In this document: positions 22,086 through 31,577 of the stretch, piece by piece
Layout of the letters: the number at the start of each line of letters is the position of its first letter
Numbering within the stretch: the stretch's first letter is position 1
Origin: an uncultured Melioribacter sp.
GTDB lineage: Bacteria; Bacteroidota; Ignavibacteria; Kapaibacteriales; Kapaibacteriaceae
Reading direction: 5' to 3'
Assembly (NCBI GenBank): GCA_964465685.1
Contig: CAYXKK010000004.1
Coordinates: 24,697 to 88,696, forward strand
Length of the DNA stretch: 64,000 nt
Made by a program: the position numbers and the translations under genes
The notes under the pieces: generated by a model
The model's input: only the letters and a program-made list of their open reading frames with translations
Database searches by the model: none
What the model was told of the DNA's origin: nothing

Positions 22086-22137
22086 TGTGGGTCGACGGTG
22101 TGGAACGAGGAAACGTAGGGTCGACCCTACGTGGTCG
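22086..22137. repeat. GTGGGTCGAC / TAGGGTCGACCCTACGTGGTCG palindromic repeat units (same family as 62305..62412)
   Basis: The 14-bp perfect palindrome TAGGGTCGACCCTA, followed by GTGGTCG, also occurs in three copies near 62.3 kb. Confidence 0.6.
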
Positions 22138-22150
22138 TCCCGTGGGTCTG

Positions 22151-22220
22151 ACGGTGAACATGCAAAAAGCCCCCTACCAGCGAAATGGTAGAGGGCTTGA
22201 TGTGATCGTTGTGGGTCGAC
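22151..22220. repeat. Copy B of the ~68-bp direct repeat, containing the better-formed hairpin
   Basis: Direct repeat of 21068..21135, followed by GCGAGACA-type short tandem motifs. Confidence 0.7.
22165..22197 (-). terminator. Rho-independent terminator of the aconitase gene (minus strand: GCCCTCTACCA-tttcgc-TGGTAGGGGGC-TTTTTG)
   Basis: Imperfect GC-rich stem (~9 of 10 pairs) plus a T5 tract, about 110 nt downstream of the acn stop. Confidence 0.6.
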
Positions 22221-22303
22221 GTGGGTGGGCGAGACACAGGCGACATAGGTGGGCGAGACAGGGGGCGAGACAGGGTCTCGCCCCTACGTGCCTGCGAATG
22301 CTA

Positions 22304-24544
22304 TCAACGTCCTGCGATGAGGTTCAGCGCACTGCCGGCCTTGAACCAGCCGAGTTGTTGCTCGTTCATGGTGTGCTTGAGTTCGATCGTTTCGCTGTTA
22401 CCGTCGTCGTGCTTTACTGTGAGCGTGACGTTTGAGCCGGGAGCGAGCGTAGTGATGTCGATCGACATGCGATCGCCTTCACGGATCTTGTCGTAGTCTG
22501 CTGGGTTCACAAATGTGAGCGGCAGCATGCCTTGCTTCTTGAGGTTGGTTTCGTGAATGCGCGCGAAGCTCTTCACGATGATAGCCTTACCGCCGAGGAA
22601 GCGTGGCTCCATGGCTGCGTGCTCACGTGATGAGCCTTCGCCATAGTTCTCGTCGCCAACAACAACCCATGCAATGCCGCGTGCTTTGTAGTCGCGTGCC
22701 GTGGCTGGTACTTCAGCGTACTCGCCGGTGAACACGTTCTTGACGCTGTTGGCAGTGTCGTTGATGTAGTTGATGGCGCCGATGAACATGTTGTTCGAGA
22801 TGTTGTCGAGGTGACCACGGAAGCGCAACCATGGTCCGGCCATGGAGATGTGGTCGGTTGTGCACTTGCCCTTCGCCTTGAGCAGCAGTGGCATGTCGAT
22901 GTACTCGGATGCGACTGGTGCCTTGAAGGCTTCGAGTGCTTGCAGACGGTTGCTTGCTTGATCGATCACCACCGATACCGTGCTGCCATCAGCAGCTGGT
23001 GCGATGAAGCCGGCTGGATCTGGAACAAAGCCTTGTGCCGGAAGCTCGTCACCAACAGGTGGCTGCAGCATGACGCCGTCGATTGGCTCCTTCATGAAGT
23101 TCGTTGTGAGCTTACCAGCAAGCACAAACGCTGCAACTGTTTCTGGCGATGCAACAAAGGCGTGCGTTTCCTTGATGCCGTCGTTGCGACCTGTGAAGTT
23201 GCGGTTGAACGAGGTGATGATCGAGTTACGATCGCCTTGCTGCACGTCGTGACGCTTCCATTGTCCGATACACGGACCGCATGCATTGGCAAGCACCGTA
23301 CCGCCGATGTTCTCGAGCTTGGCAAGAATGCCGTCGCGCTCGATCGTTGCACGCACCTGCTCGGAGCCCGGCGTAATCGTGAACTCGGCCTTCGCCTTGA
23401 GTCCGTTCTTCGTTGCAAAGTCTGCAATGGCTGCAACACGACTCATGTCTTCGTACGATGAGTTGGTGCATGATCCGATGAGACCAACGCGCAGATCTTC
23501 CGGCCAGTTGTTGTCCTTGACTGCCTTGACGAATTCGGAGAGCTCCATTGCACGGTCTGGTGTGAACGGACCGTTGATGTGCGGCTCGAGTGTGTCGAGA
23601 TTGATTTCGATTACTTGGTCGTAGTACGCCGATGGATTTGCGAACACTTCGTCGTCTGCACGCAGGTGTTCTGCAACTGTGTTCGCAAGTGCTGCGACGT
23701 CAGCACGATCGCTCGACAGCAGGTAGCGCTCCATCGACGCATCGTATGGGAACACCGATGTTGTTGCGCCGATTTCCGCACCCATGTTGCAGATCGTACC
23801 CTTACCTGTTGCTGAGAACGATGCAGTGCCGTCGCCGAAGTACTCAACGATTGCGCCTGTTCCACCCTTTACTGTGAGGATGCCGGCGAGCTTCAGGATC
23901 ACGTCCTTCGGGCTCGTCCAGCCGTTCATCTTGCCCGTGAGCTTCACACCGATCAGCTTTGGCATCTGAAGTTCCCATGGCATGCCAGCCATAACGTCCA
24001 CTGCATCAGCACCACCAACGCCAATGGCGATCATACCCATACCACCAGCATTTGGTGTGTGTGAGTCTGTGCCGATCATCATGCCGCCTGGGAAGGCGTA
24101 GTTCTCAAGCACAACTTGGTGAATGATACCTGCGCCTGGCTTCCAGAAGCCAATGCCGTACTTCTGCGAAACGCTCGAAAGGAAGTCGAAGACTTCCTTG
24201 TTTTCCTTGAGCGATGTTTCCAAGTCGTTCGTTGCGCCATGCTCAGCACGGATCAGGTGATCGCAGTGCACTGTCGACGGAACGGCAACCGTTGGAATGC
24301 CGGCCGACATGAACTGCAGCAACGCCATTTGTGCCGTTGCATCCTGCATCGCGACGCGGTCAGGATTGAAGTCCACATACGCGCCACCACGTGTGTAGGC
24401 CGCTGTTGGCAGCTCCACCATGTGTGCATAGAGGATCTTCTCTGCAAGGGTGAGTGGACGTCCGACGAGTGCTCGCGCAGCCGCGACTTTTGATGGAAGG
24501 TGTTCGTACACCTTCTTGATCATGGAGATATCTTGAGTTGCCAT
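22304..24544 (-). CDS. acn: Aconitate hydratase (746 aa)
   Basis: Fe-S ligands and the substrate-binding motifs of the aconitase family ([30 protein letters not shown], a C-terminal swivel domain with a SR-containing region). Confidence 0.93.
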   Translation of the reverse strand: MATQDISMIKKVYEHLPSKVAAARALVGRPLTLAEKILYAHMVELPTAAYTRGGAYVDFNPDRVAMQDATAQMALLQFMSAGIPTVAVPSTVHCDHLIRAEHGATNDLETSLKENKEVFDFLSSVSQKYGIGFWKPGAGIIHQVVLENYAFPGGMMIGTDSHTPNAGGMGMIAIGVGGADAVDVMAGMPWELQMPKLIGVKLTGKMNGWTSPKDVILKLAGILTVKGGTGAIVEYFGDGTASFSATGKGTICNMGAEIGATTSVFPYDASMERYLLSSDRADVAALANTVAEHLRADDEVFANPSAYYDQVIEINLDTLEPHINGPFTPDRAMELSEFVKAVKDNNWPEDLRVGLIGSCTNSSYEDMSRVAAIADFATKNGLKAKAEFTITPGSEQVRATIERDGILAKLENIGGTVLANACGPCIGQWKRHDVQQGDRNSIITSFNRNFTGRNDGIKETHAFVASPETVAAFVLAGKLTTNFMKEPIDGVMLQPPVGDELPAQGFVPDPAGFIAPAADGSTVSVVIDQASNRLQALEAFKAPVASEYIDMPLLLKAKGKCTTDHISMAGPWLRFRGHLDNISNNMFIGAINYINDTANSVKNVFTGEYAEVPATARDYKARGIAWVVVGDENYGEGSSREHAAMEPRFLGGKAIIVKSFARIHETNLKKQGMLPLTFVNPADYDKIREGDRMSIDITTLAPGSNVTLTVKHDDGNSETIELKHTMNEQQLGWFKAGSALNLIAGR

Positions 24545-24594
24545 GGTTGAGTGTAGAATGTGTTGAGTAATGTTCGTGATTCGATGTTAGGGTG

Positions 24595-24972
24595 TCACTT
24601 GATGTAGCGTACGTTCGGCAGACCCTCGAAGTCGCGATCCTGCGTGAGGAGCGTTGCGGAGTGCGCCAGAGTACTGGCGTACACGATAGCGTCGGCCATG
24701 GCAAGCTTGCGTTCGTTGCGGATCTGCGCGGCGGCAACTGCTCTGCTCGCAGAGAGATTGTCGACCACTTGCTCACGCATGTTTGCAACTGCAACTTTAA
24801 CCATGTCTTCGCCGATACGCCGCTCGACTGCAAGACTGACTTCGTAGATGCAAATGCTTGGGACGACAACAGCCTTCTTACGAAGTTGATCGATGACGAG
24901 CTTGCGTATGGCTGTATTGCCAAGGTAGAATTCAACCCAAATGCTGGAGTCCATTACGATATGTGAGTCCAT
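24595..24972 (-). CDS. vapC: PIN-domain ribonuclease toxin VapC
   Basis: 125 aa; MDSSIWVEF... D-x-n-E...D-x-n-D acidic tetrad pattern (VMDSSI, YEVSLA, MADAIVYA, TQDRDF). The start ATG overlaps the antitoxin stop (TAATG). Confidence 0.8.
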   Translation of the reverse strand: MDSHIVMDSSIWVEFYLGNTAIRKLVIDQLRKKAVVVPSICIYEVSLAVERRIGEDMVKVAVANMREQVVDNLSASRAVAAAQIRNERKLAMADAIVYASTLAHSATLLTQDRDFEGLPNVRYIK

Positions 24973-25184
24973 TAATCGTAATCCTCCTTTTCACGCTCGA
25001 TCCGCAGGTCCTGCCCCTTGAACATGCCAAATGCCTCATCTGGATCAAGCACCGGCACGAGAACGTAGGCTCCTCGCCACTCCATGAACATCACGCGCTG
25101 ACCAGGCTTGATCTTCATTGACTCGCGAACCTCTTGAGGAATCACGATCTGGTATTTGGGCGAAACAGTTACTGTGGTGCTCAT
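24972..25184 (-). CDS. vapB: AbrB/SpoVT/MazE-type antitoxin VapB
   Basis: 70 aa; KYQIVIPQEVRESMKIKPGQRV is a swapped-hairpin beta-barrel DNA-binding motif. Sits upstream of, and overlaps, vapC. Confidence 0.75.
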   Translation of the reverse strand: MSTTVTVSPKYQIVIPQEVRESMKIKPGQRVMFMEWRGAYVLVPVLDPDEAFGMFKGQDLRIEREKEDYD

Positions 25185-25293
25185 GGTCTGACCCCATGCG
25201 TGGGTATACGGATCCCTATCGAACGGCTGTCGTAGTACGATAGTGTAATCGATACAAATATCGTCTTACGGTTGAAATCGTGCAATACTAGGG

Positions 25294-27078
25294 TTATGCG
25301 ATGCGCTCGCTCAGCTCCAGCCAACGTGTCATGGCGGTGTCGAGGTTCCGCGCGGCTTCGGCATGTTCCCCGGCCCAACGGTGGTGATCCTCGTATGAGC
25401 CCTCACCAGAGCCCATTTTGGCTTCGATGTCGGCCGCGAGTGCCTCAAGTCGAGGGATCTCGCGCTCAAGCTGCTCAAACTCCCGCTGCTCGTTGAAATT
25501 GAGCTTCTTCTTTGCAGGGGGCGGCGCAGCCGGGGTGCGCTGCTGCGCGTCGCCACGGTCGTCGCTGGACTTCTTCGAGCGGGCTTCGAGCTTCTCGAGG
25601 TACGTGGTGTAATTGCCGGGGTATTCCTTGATCACGCCACCAGCTTCAAAGGCCCAGATCGTGTCGACGGTTTTGTCGAGGAATGCGCGATCGTGCGATA
25701 CGATGAGCAGCACGCCCTTGAAGTACGAAAGGTAGTCTTCAAGTGCCGACAACGTGACGAGGTCGAAGTCGTTCGTGGGCTCGTCAAGGAAGAGCACGTT
25801 TGGGTTCGACATCAACACGCGGAGCAGACCGAGGCGACGTCGCTCGCCCCCTGACAGCGTGTGCACGTATGCGTGTTGCTGCTTGGAGGAAAACCCGAAG
25901 CGATCGCACAGCTCTTTCGCACTGATGTACCGCTCACGTCCCACGCCCGCATCGATGTACTCTGCGATATTGCGCACGTTGGCAACTACCGTCGCGTCGT
26001 CGTCGAGATCCTTGATCTCCTGCTGGAAGAAGCCGATCGTAACGGTGTCGCCGATGCCGACGTGACCGCTGGTTGGACGGATGGTGCCGTTGAGGATGTT
26101 TAGGAGCGTGGTTTTACCCGACCCATTCGCGCCAATAATGCCGATGCGATTGGAGGGGGCTGCCCGATACGTGAAGTTGGTGATCAACGATCCATGCGTG
26201 ATGTCGACAGCGTCGATGATCTTTCCGCCAAGGAATCGTCCGCCCACTTCAATGTCGATGTCGCGAAACTCCGTCGATGAAGTCTTCTGCTCGCGCTGCA
26301 TCTTTTCGATCCAGTCGATGCGACTCTGTTGTTTGGTGCGACGGGCCTTTGCGCCTTTCTGCAGCCATGCGAGTTCTGTGCGGAGTTTGTTCCGCTGGTG
26401 ATCTGCTGTTGCATCAGCAACAGCGATCATGGATTCTTTGCGCTCGAGGTACGACTCGTACGAGCCGTCGTAGGAGAAGAGGCGGTGCTGATCGAGCTCG
26501 ATGATGCGTGTGCACACAGCGTCGAGAAAGTACCGATCGTGGGTCACCAGCAAGAGTCCGCGTGATGTTGCCTGTAAGTCGTCCTGCAGCCATTGCACGC
26601 TTACGGCATCGAGGTGGTTGGTAGGCTCGTCGAGAATCAGCAAATCTGGTTGTGCCATCAACGCACGAGCAATCGCGACGCGCTTTCGCTGTCCGCCCGA
26701 CATAATGTGGACGTCGCGCAATGGATCGTGAATGCCCAGCTTGCCAAGTGTGCGCTTTGCGCGCGTCTCTAGCTCCCAGTCTTCGAGGAAGCCGTGCGCT
26801 TGATCGTAGGCCGACGTAACAGCATGGAGTGCAGTATCAGAACGATCGAACGTTGGCAACTGCGGTAGGTACTCGACGCGTGCATCGCGATTGAATGCGA
26901 CCTCGCCAGCGTCCGGTGTATCGAGTCCGGCTATGATGCGCAGCAGAGATGTTTTACCCGCGCCGTTGCGACCAATCACGCCAACACGCTCACCCGATTG
27001 CATGCCAAACGAGATGCCTTCAAAGAGGACCTTCTCGTAGTACGATTTGCTGAGATCAGTTGCCGAAAAAAGGGTCAT
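25294..27078 (-). CDS. ABC-F family ATPase (two tandem ABC domains, no TMD)
   Basis: Two Walker A motifs (GRNGAGKTSLL, GANGSGKTTLL) and two LSGGQ/LSGGE signatures, with an inter-domain linker and a C-terminal charged coiled coil. Confidence 0.9.
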   Translation of the reverse strand: MTLFSATDLSKSYYEKVLFEGISFGMQSGERVGVIGRNGAGKTSLLRIIAGLDTPDAGEVAFNRDARVEYLPQLPTFDRSDTALHAVTSAYDQAHGFLEDWELETRAKRTLGKLGIHDPLRDVHIMSGGQRKRVAIARALMAQPDLLILDEPTNHLDAVSVQWLQDDLQATSRGLLLVTHDRYFLDAVCTRIIELDQHRLFSYDGSYESYLERKESMIAVADATADHQRNKLRTELAWLQKGAKARRTKQQSRIDWIEKMQREQKTSSTEFRDIDIEVGGRFLGGKIIDAVDITHGSLITNFTYRAAPSNRIGIIGANGSGKTTLLNILNGTIRPTSGHVGIGDTVTIGFFQQEIKDLDDDATVVANVRNIAEYIDAGVGRERYISAKELCDRFGFSSKQQHAYVHTLSGGERRRLGLLRVLMSNPNVLFLDEPTNDFDLVTLSALEDYLSYFKGVLLIVSHDRAFLDKTVDTIWAFEAGGVIKEYPGNYTTYLEKLEARSKKSSDDRGDAQQRTPAAPPPAKKKLNFNEQREFEQLEREIPRLEALAADIEAKMGSGEGSYEDHHRWAGEHAEAARNLDTAMTRWLELSERIA

Positions 27079-28085
27079 GCATGCTCTTCTGGCTCACCAT
27101 CCTCGGTCATCGACAGTACTTGCACGTTGACCGCTGCAAGGGAACCATCGTAGCGACGCTTTTCGAGGAGCGAGTCTGGAATACGGACAACCTTCTTTAC
27201 CAACCCGATCGCTTCGAAGAACCGAATGCTGAGTCCGGTAAGATCGAACTGCCACCACTTCATGCCGTGGAATGCCGAAGCAGGGAAGGCATGGTGGTTG
27301 TTGTGCCAGCCTTCGCCGAGTGCGAGAATGCCAACGACAAAGTTGTTGCGACTCTTATCCGTTGTCGTGAACATCCGTCCGCCGATGTAGTGGCATACCG
27401 AGTTCACGCTCCACGTGATGTGCGACGACAAGAAGATCCGAACCAGTCCGCCCCAGATGAAGCCCATGAACGCTGCATGCCCCGTACCCTCGATCGCAAA
27501 CGCGATGATTGCTGGGAGTACAAGACTGCCCAGACCCCAGAAGAGGAAGGTGTCGGAGAACCACTTGATCATTGGATCCTTCAAGTAGCGCTGACCCCAC
27601 TTGCCGCGGATTTCGGCCATGTCGTCGCTACCCATTTCGAGCAGCCATTCGAAGTGTGCGTAGAGGAATCCACTGATCGTTGGTGAGTGTGGATCGCCTT
27701 CTTGATCGCTATGTGCGTGGTGCTTTGTGTGGGTCGATGCCCAGTTCACAACAGGTCCTTGGAATGCCATTGATCCCAGTGCCAGCACCACTGCCTTGAG
27801 CGCTGGGTGCGGCTCGTAGGCTTTGTGGACAACCAAGCGGTGGTAGCCCATCGTGATGCCATACTCTGTGAGGATAACGCCGACAACGCACATCACAACG
27901 TTCAACGTGGTGATGTCGCCGTTGATGGCAGCCCATACAGCGTAGATCACGCCAAGTGTTGGAAGAATCAGAAGTCCAAGAACGGGAAGCTTGTTCACGA
28001 AATGTCTTATTCGATTGTGGAGATACGCCACAAAGTTACAGATAAAGATGTCTGCAATTGATCCAAAACGAAACGAGCCGCACAT
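27075..28085 (-). CDS. Membrane fatty-acid desaturase (stearoyl-CoA delta-9 desaturase family)
   Basis: Three histidine boxes: HRLVVHKAY, HHAHSD, HNNHHAF. Confidence 0.85.
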   Translation of the reverse strand: MCGSFRFGSIADIFICNFVAYLHNRIRHFVNKLPVLGLLILPTLGVIYAVWAAINGDITTLNVVMCVVGVILTEYGITMGYHRLVVHKAYEPHPALKAVVLALGSMAFQGPVVNWASTHTKHHAHSDQEGDPHSPTISGFLYAHFEWLLEMGSDDMAEIRGKWGQRYLKDPMIKWFSDTFLFWGLGSLVLPAIIAFAIEGTGHAAFMGFIWGGLVRIFLSSHITWSVNSVCHYIGGRMFTTTDKSRNNFVVGILALGEGWHNNHHAFPASAFHGMKWWQFDLTGLSIRFFEAIGLVKKVVRIPDSLLEKRRYDGSLAAVNVQVLSMTEDGEPEEHA

Positions 28086-28121
28086 GTGTGCGGCTCGTTG
28101 TTACGTGCTATGATGGAGAGC

Positions 28122-28829
28122 TTACTTCGTGATATCGAGCAGCTCCACTTCGAAGATCAGTGTTTCGTTTGGTCCGATTGTTCCACCGGCACCGTTCGGA
28201 CCGTACGCGAGATCCGATGGGATGTAGAACGTGTACTTCGAACCAACCGACATCAGCTGTACGCCTTCTGTCCAACCAGCAATCACACCACCAAGTGGGA
28301 ACTCAATCGGCTCACCGCGCTTGACAGAGCTGTCGAACACTGTGCCATCGATGAGTGTACCTGTGTAGTGCACCTTTACCGTGTTTTCCTTGGTTGGCTT
28401 CTTGCCCTTGCCTTCAGTAACAACCTTGTACTGCAGACCAGATGGCGTTGTCATCACGCCTGGCTTCTTCTTGTTTTCTGCAAGGAATGCCTCGCCCTTT
28501 GCCTTCGCTGCTTCGCCCTTCTTTGCGTTTTCAGCCTGCATGCGAGCCATCTGCTCTTGTTGGAGCTTCATCATGGCTGCTTGCAATGCTTCGTCGCTGA
28601 GAAGGGGCTTGCCAGCCATCATATCGCGCAGACCTGCGACGAGCATGTTGACGTCGAGCTCGAGACCTTGATCGACGAGGGACTTACCGATTTGCTGACC
28701 AACGGCATAGCTCGCTGTGTCTTGTGCTGTTGTTGGTTTCACGCTGTTAACCTGTTGTTGTGCTGTAGCCGTTGATGTCAGCGCGACGCTGACGATCACG
28801 CTAGCTGCGAGAATGAGAAGTGTGCGCAT
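28122..28829 (-). CDS. fkpA: Periplasmic FKBP-type peptidyl-prolyl cis-trans isomerase (FkpA/Mip-like, with N-terminal dimerisation helix)
   Basis: Signal peptide. FKBP C-terminal domain VHYTGTLIDGTVFDSS...GVIAGWTEG...LAYG. Confidence 0.85.
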   Translation of the reverse strand: MRTLLILAASVIVSVALTSTATAQQQVNSVKPTTAQDTASYAVGQQIGKSLVDQGLELDVNMLVAGLRDMMAGKPLLSDEALQAAMMKLQQEQMARMQAENAKKGEAAKAKGEAFLAENKKKPGVMTTPSGLQYKVVTEGKGKKPTKENTVKVHYTGTLIDGTVFDSSVKRGEPIEFPLGGVIAGWTEGVQLMSVGSKYTFYIPSDLAYGPNGAGGTIGPNETLIFEVELLDITK

Positions 28830-28871
28830 ACGTTAGTGCTACCTAAGTGAACAATGAATGTGTCGTGTTGC

Positions 28872-29585
28872 TTACTTCACGCCGAGAAGTTCGATTTCGA
28901 ACACAAGGACGCTTCCTGGTGGGATCTTGTCGCTGCCCTGCGGACCGTAGGCGAGCTCGTTTGGAAGGTATGCCTTGAACTTCGAACCTTCAGCCATCAG
29001 CTGCAGTACTTCCGAGAATCCAGGAATCACGCCACCAACAGGGAATTCGGCTGGCTGTCCGCGCTCCAGTGAGCTGTCAAACACCTTGCCGTCGATGAGC
29101 ATGCCAGTATAGTGAACAACGGCCTTTTGTGAGGCTGTTGGACGCTTGCCTGTACCTTGCTTGATGACTTCGTACTGCAGACCTGAAGCAGTTGTGATCA
29201 CGCCTGCCTTGGTCTTGTTCTTTGCAAGAAACTCATTACCAATCTTGCGGACTGAATCAGCGACCTTGGCCATGTTAGCCTGTTCCTTTTGCTGATTCTC
29301 CTGCATCTTCTGCATGGCCTTTTCTTGTACCGACATCAGCACCTTCGCCACGACAGAGTCTGCGAAGAGTGGCTTTTCGCCAATGGCGTCTTGGATGCCT
29401 GCGATGAATGCACGCGAATCGATGTCGATGCCTTGCTCGCGGAATGACTTGCCGATTTGCAAGCCGATCGCATAGCTCGTTGAATCGCTGTTTGTTGTTG
29501 CCTCGACACCGTTGATGTCAGGAATTTGGTTGGAGCAACCGATAAGGATGCCAGCCGCAACCACGGTGGTCAGGATGACCTTCAT
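28872..29585 (-). CDS. Lipoprotein FKBP-type peptidyl-prolyl isomerase (paralogue of the upstream gene)
   Basis: Lipobox LIGCSNQ. FKBP domain VHYTGMLIDGKVFDSS...GVIPGFSEV...LAYG. Confidence 0.85.
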   Translation of the reverse strand: MKVILTTVVAAGILIGCSNQIPDINGVEATTNSDSTSYAIGLQIGKSFREQGIDIDSRAFIAGIQDAIGEKPLFADSVVAKVLMSVQEKAMQKMQENQQKEQANMAKVADSVRKIGNEFLAKNKTKAGVITTASGLQYEVIKQGTGKRPTASQKAVVHYTGMLIDGKVFDSSLERGQPAEFPVGGVIPGFSEVLQLMAEGSKFKAYLPNELAYGPQGSDKIPPGSVLVFEIELLGVK

Positions 29586-29627
29586 TGTGAATCCTTGGAT
29601 TTGAAACGGACGGCAAAGATACGGTGA

Positions 29628-29954
29628 TTATGTTTCCGTCGGCGGGATCCAGAGGTGTTGGCGCATATCAATGGCCTCGCCGATGAACTGGACACCCTCG
29701 GCCTCAAGACGTTCCCGCATCACGTAGGGGGTCTCGAAATGCATTTTCCCCGAGAGTTCTCCGAGGCGGTTGACAACCCTGTGACACGGGATGTCGATGC
29801 GATCGCTGTGAGCCACGGCATTCAGTGCCCACCCCACGAGTCGCGCCCCGCCGCGCGAGCCGATGGCTGCTGCGATGTGGCCATACGTGGTCACCTTCCC
29901 ATGCGGGACGGCACGCACGATGTCGTAAATGCGCTCGTAGATGTCGGAGGCCAT
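29628..29954 (-). CDS. ogt: Methylated-DNA--protein-cysteine methyltransferase, DNA-binding/catalytic domain only (~108 aa)
   Basis: Active-site IPCHRVV and upstream helix-turn-helix. Start chosen at MASDIYERI (the longer ORF start would overlap the divergent FAD gene). Confidence 0.7.
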   Translation of the reverse strand: MASDIYERIYDIVRAVPHGKVTTYGHIAAAIGSRGGARLVGWALNAVAHSDRIDIPCHRVVNRLGELSGKMHFETPYVMRERLEAEGVQFIGEAIDMRQHLWIPPTET

Positions 29955-29993
29955 GCCGCAAGATAGCGCGCGAACCTCCGTAGCTTCGCAGTT

Positions 29994-31577
29994 ATGCACC
30001 GTCGTATAGAGCTCGCCCTTCGTCCGTCCCAAGCTGCTGATCCGGCCACCGTTCGACGGATGGTGGCGTCGGAAGTGGGCTGTGCAGAAGACGTACTTAC
30101 CTCGGTGCGACCAGTTCGTCGGTCGATTGACGCTCGTTCACGGTTCCCGGTGGTGCGTCTCATCGTTGACGCATTTGTGGGCGAAGACGAGCCCATCGTA
30201 CCGCGCGAGGTTGATCGCTGCAAACAGGCTGACCCACGCAAGCGCGTGGTAATCGTAGGAGCAGGTCCGGCAGGGTATTTCGCGGCACTTGAGTTGCTCA
30301 CACATGGTATCACACCGATCGTCCTCGATCGCGGAAAGGACGTGCGTGCACGTCGACGCGACTTACGCGCGATTCAGCAGGATGGTGTCGTCAACCCGCA
30401 CTCGAACTATTGCTTCGGTGAAGGGGGCGCAGGTACCTACAGCGATGGGAAGCTCTACACGCGTTCGCATAAGCGAGGAAGCATCGCCAGCGTGCTGCAG
30501 TTACTCGTCGATCACGGTGCTACACCAGACATCCTTGTTGACACGCATCCGCACATCGGGTCGAACAAACTCTGGGCCGTGGTCCAAGCCATTCGTGAGA
30601 CGATCCTACGTCTCGGTGGCGAGGTCCACTTTGATACGCATGTCACAGGGTTTGCCATGCGTACCGCACCGGAGCGCCGCGTTGCGGGTGTGATCTGCGC
30701 CAACGGCTCGGAGATCCTCGGCGACGCCGTGATCCTTGCAACAGGACACAGCGCTCGTGATGTGATTGACATGTGTGTGGAGCACGACGTTGCGATTGAA
30801 GCCAAACCGTTTGCACTCGGGGTGCGCATCGAGCACTCCCAAGCACTCGTCGATGAAATCCAGTATCATCAATCACCGCGCGATCCGCATCTGCCGGCAT
30901 CGTCCTACAAGCTGGTGTGCCAGTCGAACGGACGTGGTGTGTTTTCATTCTGCATGTGTCCGGGCGGACTGATCGTGCCTGCAGCAACATCACCAGGCGA
31001 AATCGTTGTGAATGGCATGTCGATGTCGCGACGCGATTCCCCGTTTGCCAATTCAGGAACGGTGGTTGCTGTTGAGGAAGACGACTGGCAGGAATTCTCA
31101 CGTCATGGGGCACGCGCCGCGCTCGAGTATCAAGCATCCGTAGAGCGTGCAGCATTTGCCGCAACAGGCGATGGTTCGCAGCGAGCACCGGCACAGCGGT
31201 TGGTCGACTATCTCGATGGAACTGTGTCGGCGTCAATACCACGTACGTCGTATATCCCCGGGCATGCGAGTGTAGATCTTCGTGCGATTCTTCCTGCGCC
31301 AGTTGATGCACGTCTGCGTTCTGCGATTCGCGAGTTCGGACGCATGATGCCGGGTTACCTCACAAATGAAGCCGTTATGGTTGGTGTTGAATCACGCACG
31401 TCGTCACCTGTGCGTATTCCACGCGACGCGTCAACGCGCGAACACACGCAGGTGCGCGGACTCTTCCCGTGCGGTGAAGGGGCGGGATATGCCGGTGGTA
31501 TTGTGAGTGCAGCACTCGACGGACAGAACGTTGCCACGTCGATTGTGCAGCAGGTGTTTACGCAAGTGCTGCGATAA
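29994..31577 (+). CDS. FAD-dependent oxidoreductase of the COG2509 'uncharacterised FAD-dependent dehydrogenase' family
   Basis: N-terminal extension followed by the dinucleotide-binding VVIVGAGPAGYFAALEL, a GGAGTYSDGKL region and a C-terminal CGEGAGYAGGI motif. Confidence 0.75.
   Translation: MHRRIELALRPSQAADPATVRRMVASEVGCAEDVLTSVRPVRRSIDARSRFPVVRLIVDAFVGEDEPIVPREVDRCKQADPRKRVVIVGAGPAGYFAALELLTHGITPIVLDRGKDVRARRRDLRAIQQDGVVNPHSNYCFGEGGAGTYSDGKLYTRSHKRGSIASVLQLLVDHGATPDILVDTHPHIGSNKLWAVVQAIRETILRLGGEVHFDTHVTGFAMRTAPERRVAGVICANGSEILGDAVILATGHSARDVIDMCVEHDVAIEAKPFALGVRIEHSQALVDEIQYHQSPRDPHLPASSYKLVCQSNGRGVFSFCMCPGGLIVPAATSPGEIVVNGMSMSRRDSPFANSGTVVAVEEDDWQEFSRHGARAALEYQASVERAAFAATGDGSQRAPAQRLVDYLDGTVSASIPRTSYIPGHASVDLRAILPAPVDARLRSAIREFGRMMPGYLTNEAVMVGVESRTSSPVRIPRDASTREHTQVRGLFPCGEGAGYAGGIVSAALDGQNVATSIVQQVFTQVLR

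Noticed and set aside
21028-22303. tRNA, tmRNA or other structured RNA in the long intergenic stretches (also 47939..48272 and 54252..54651)
   Set aside because: No T-loop (GTTCGAATC-like) or acceptor-stem pattern found by eye. The hairpins present are explained as terminators or repeats.
22811-23461. 216-aa plus-strand ORF inside the aconitase region
   Set aside because: Antisense to aconitase, and no domain support.
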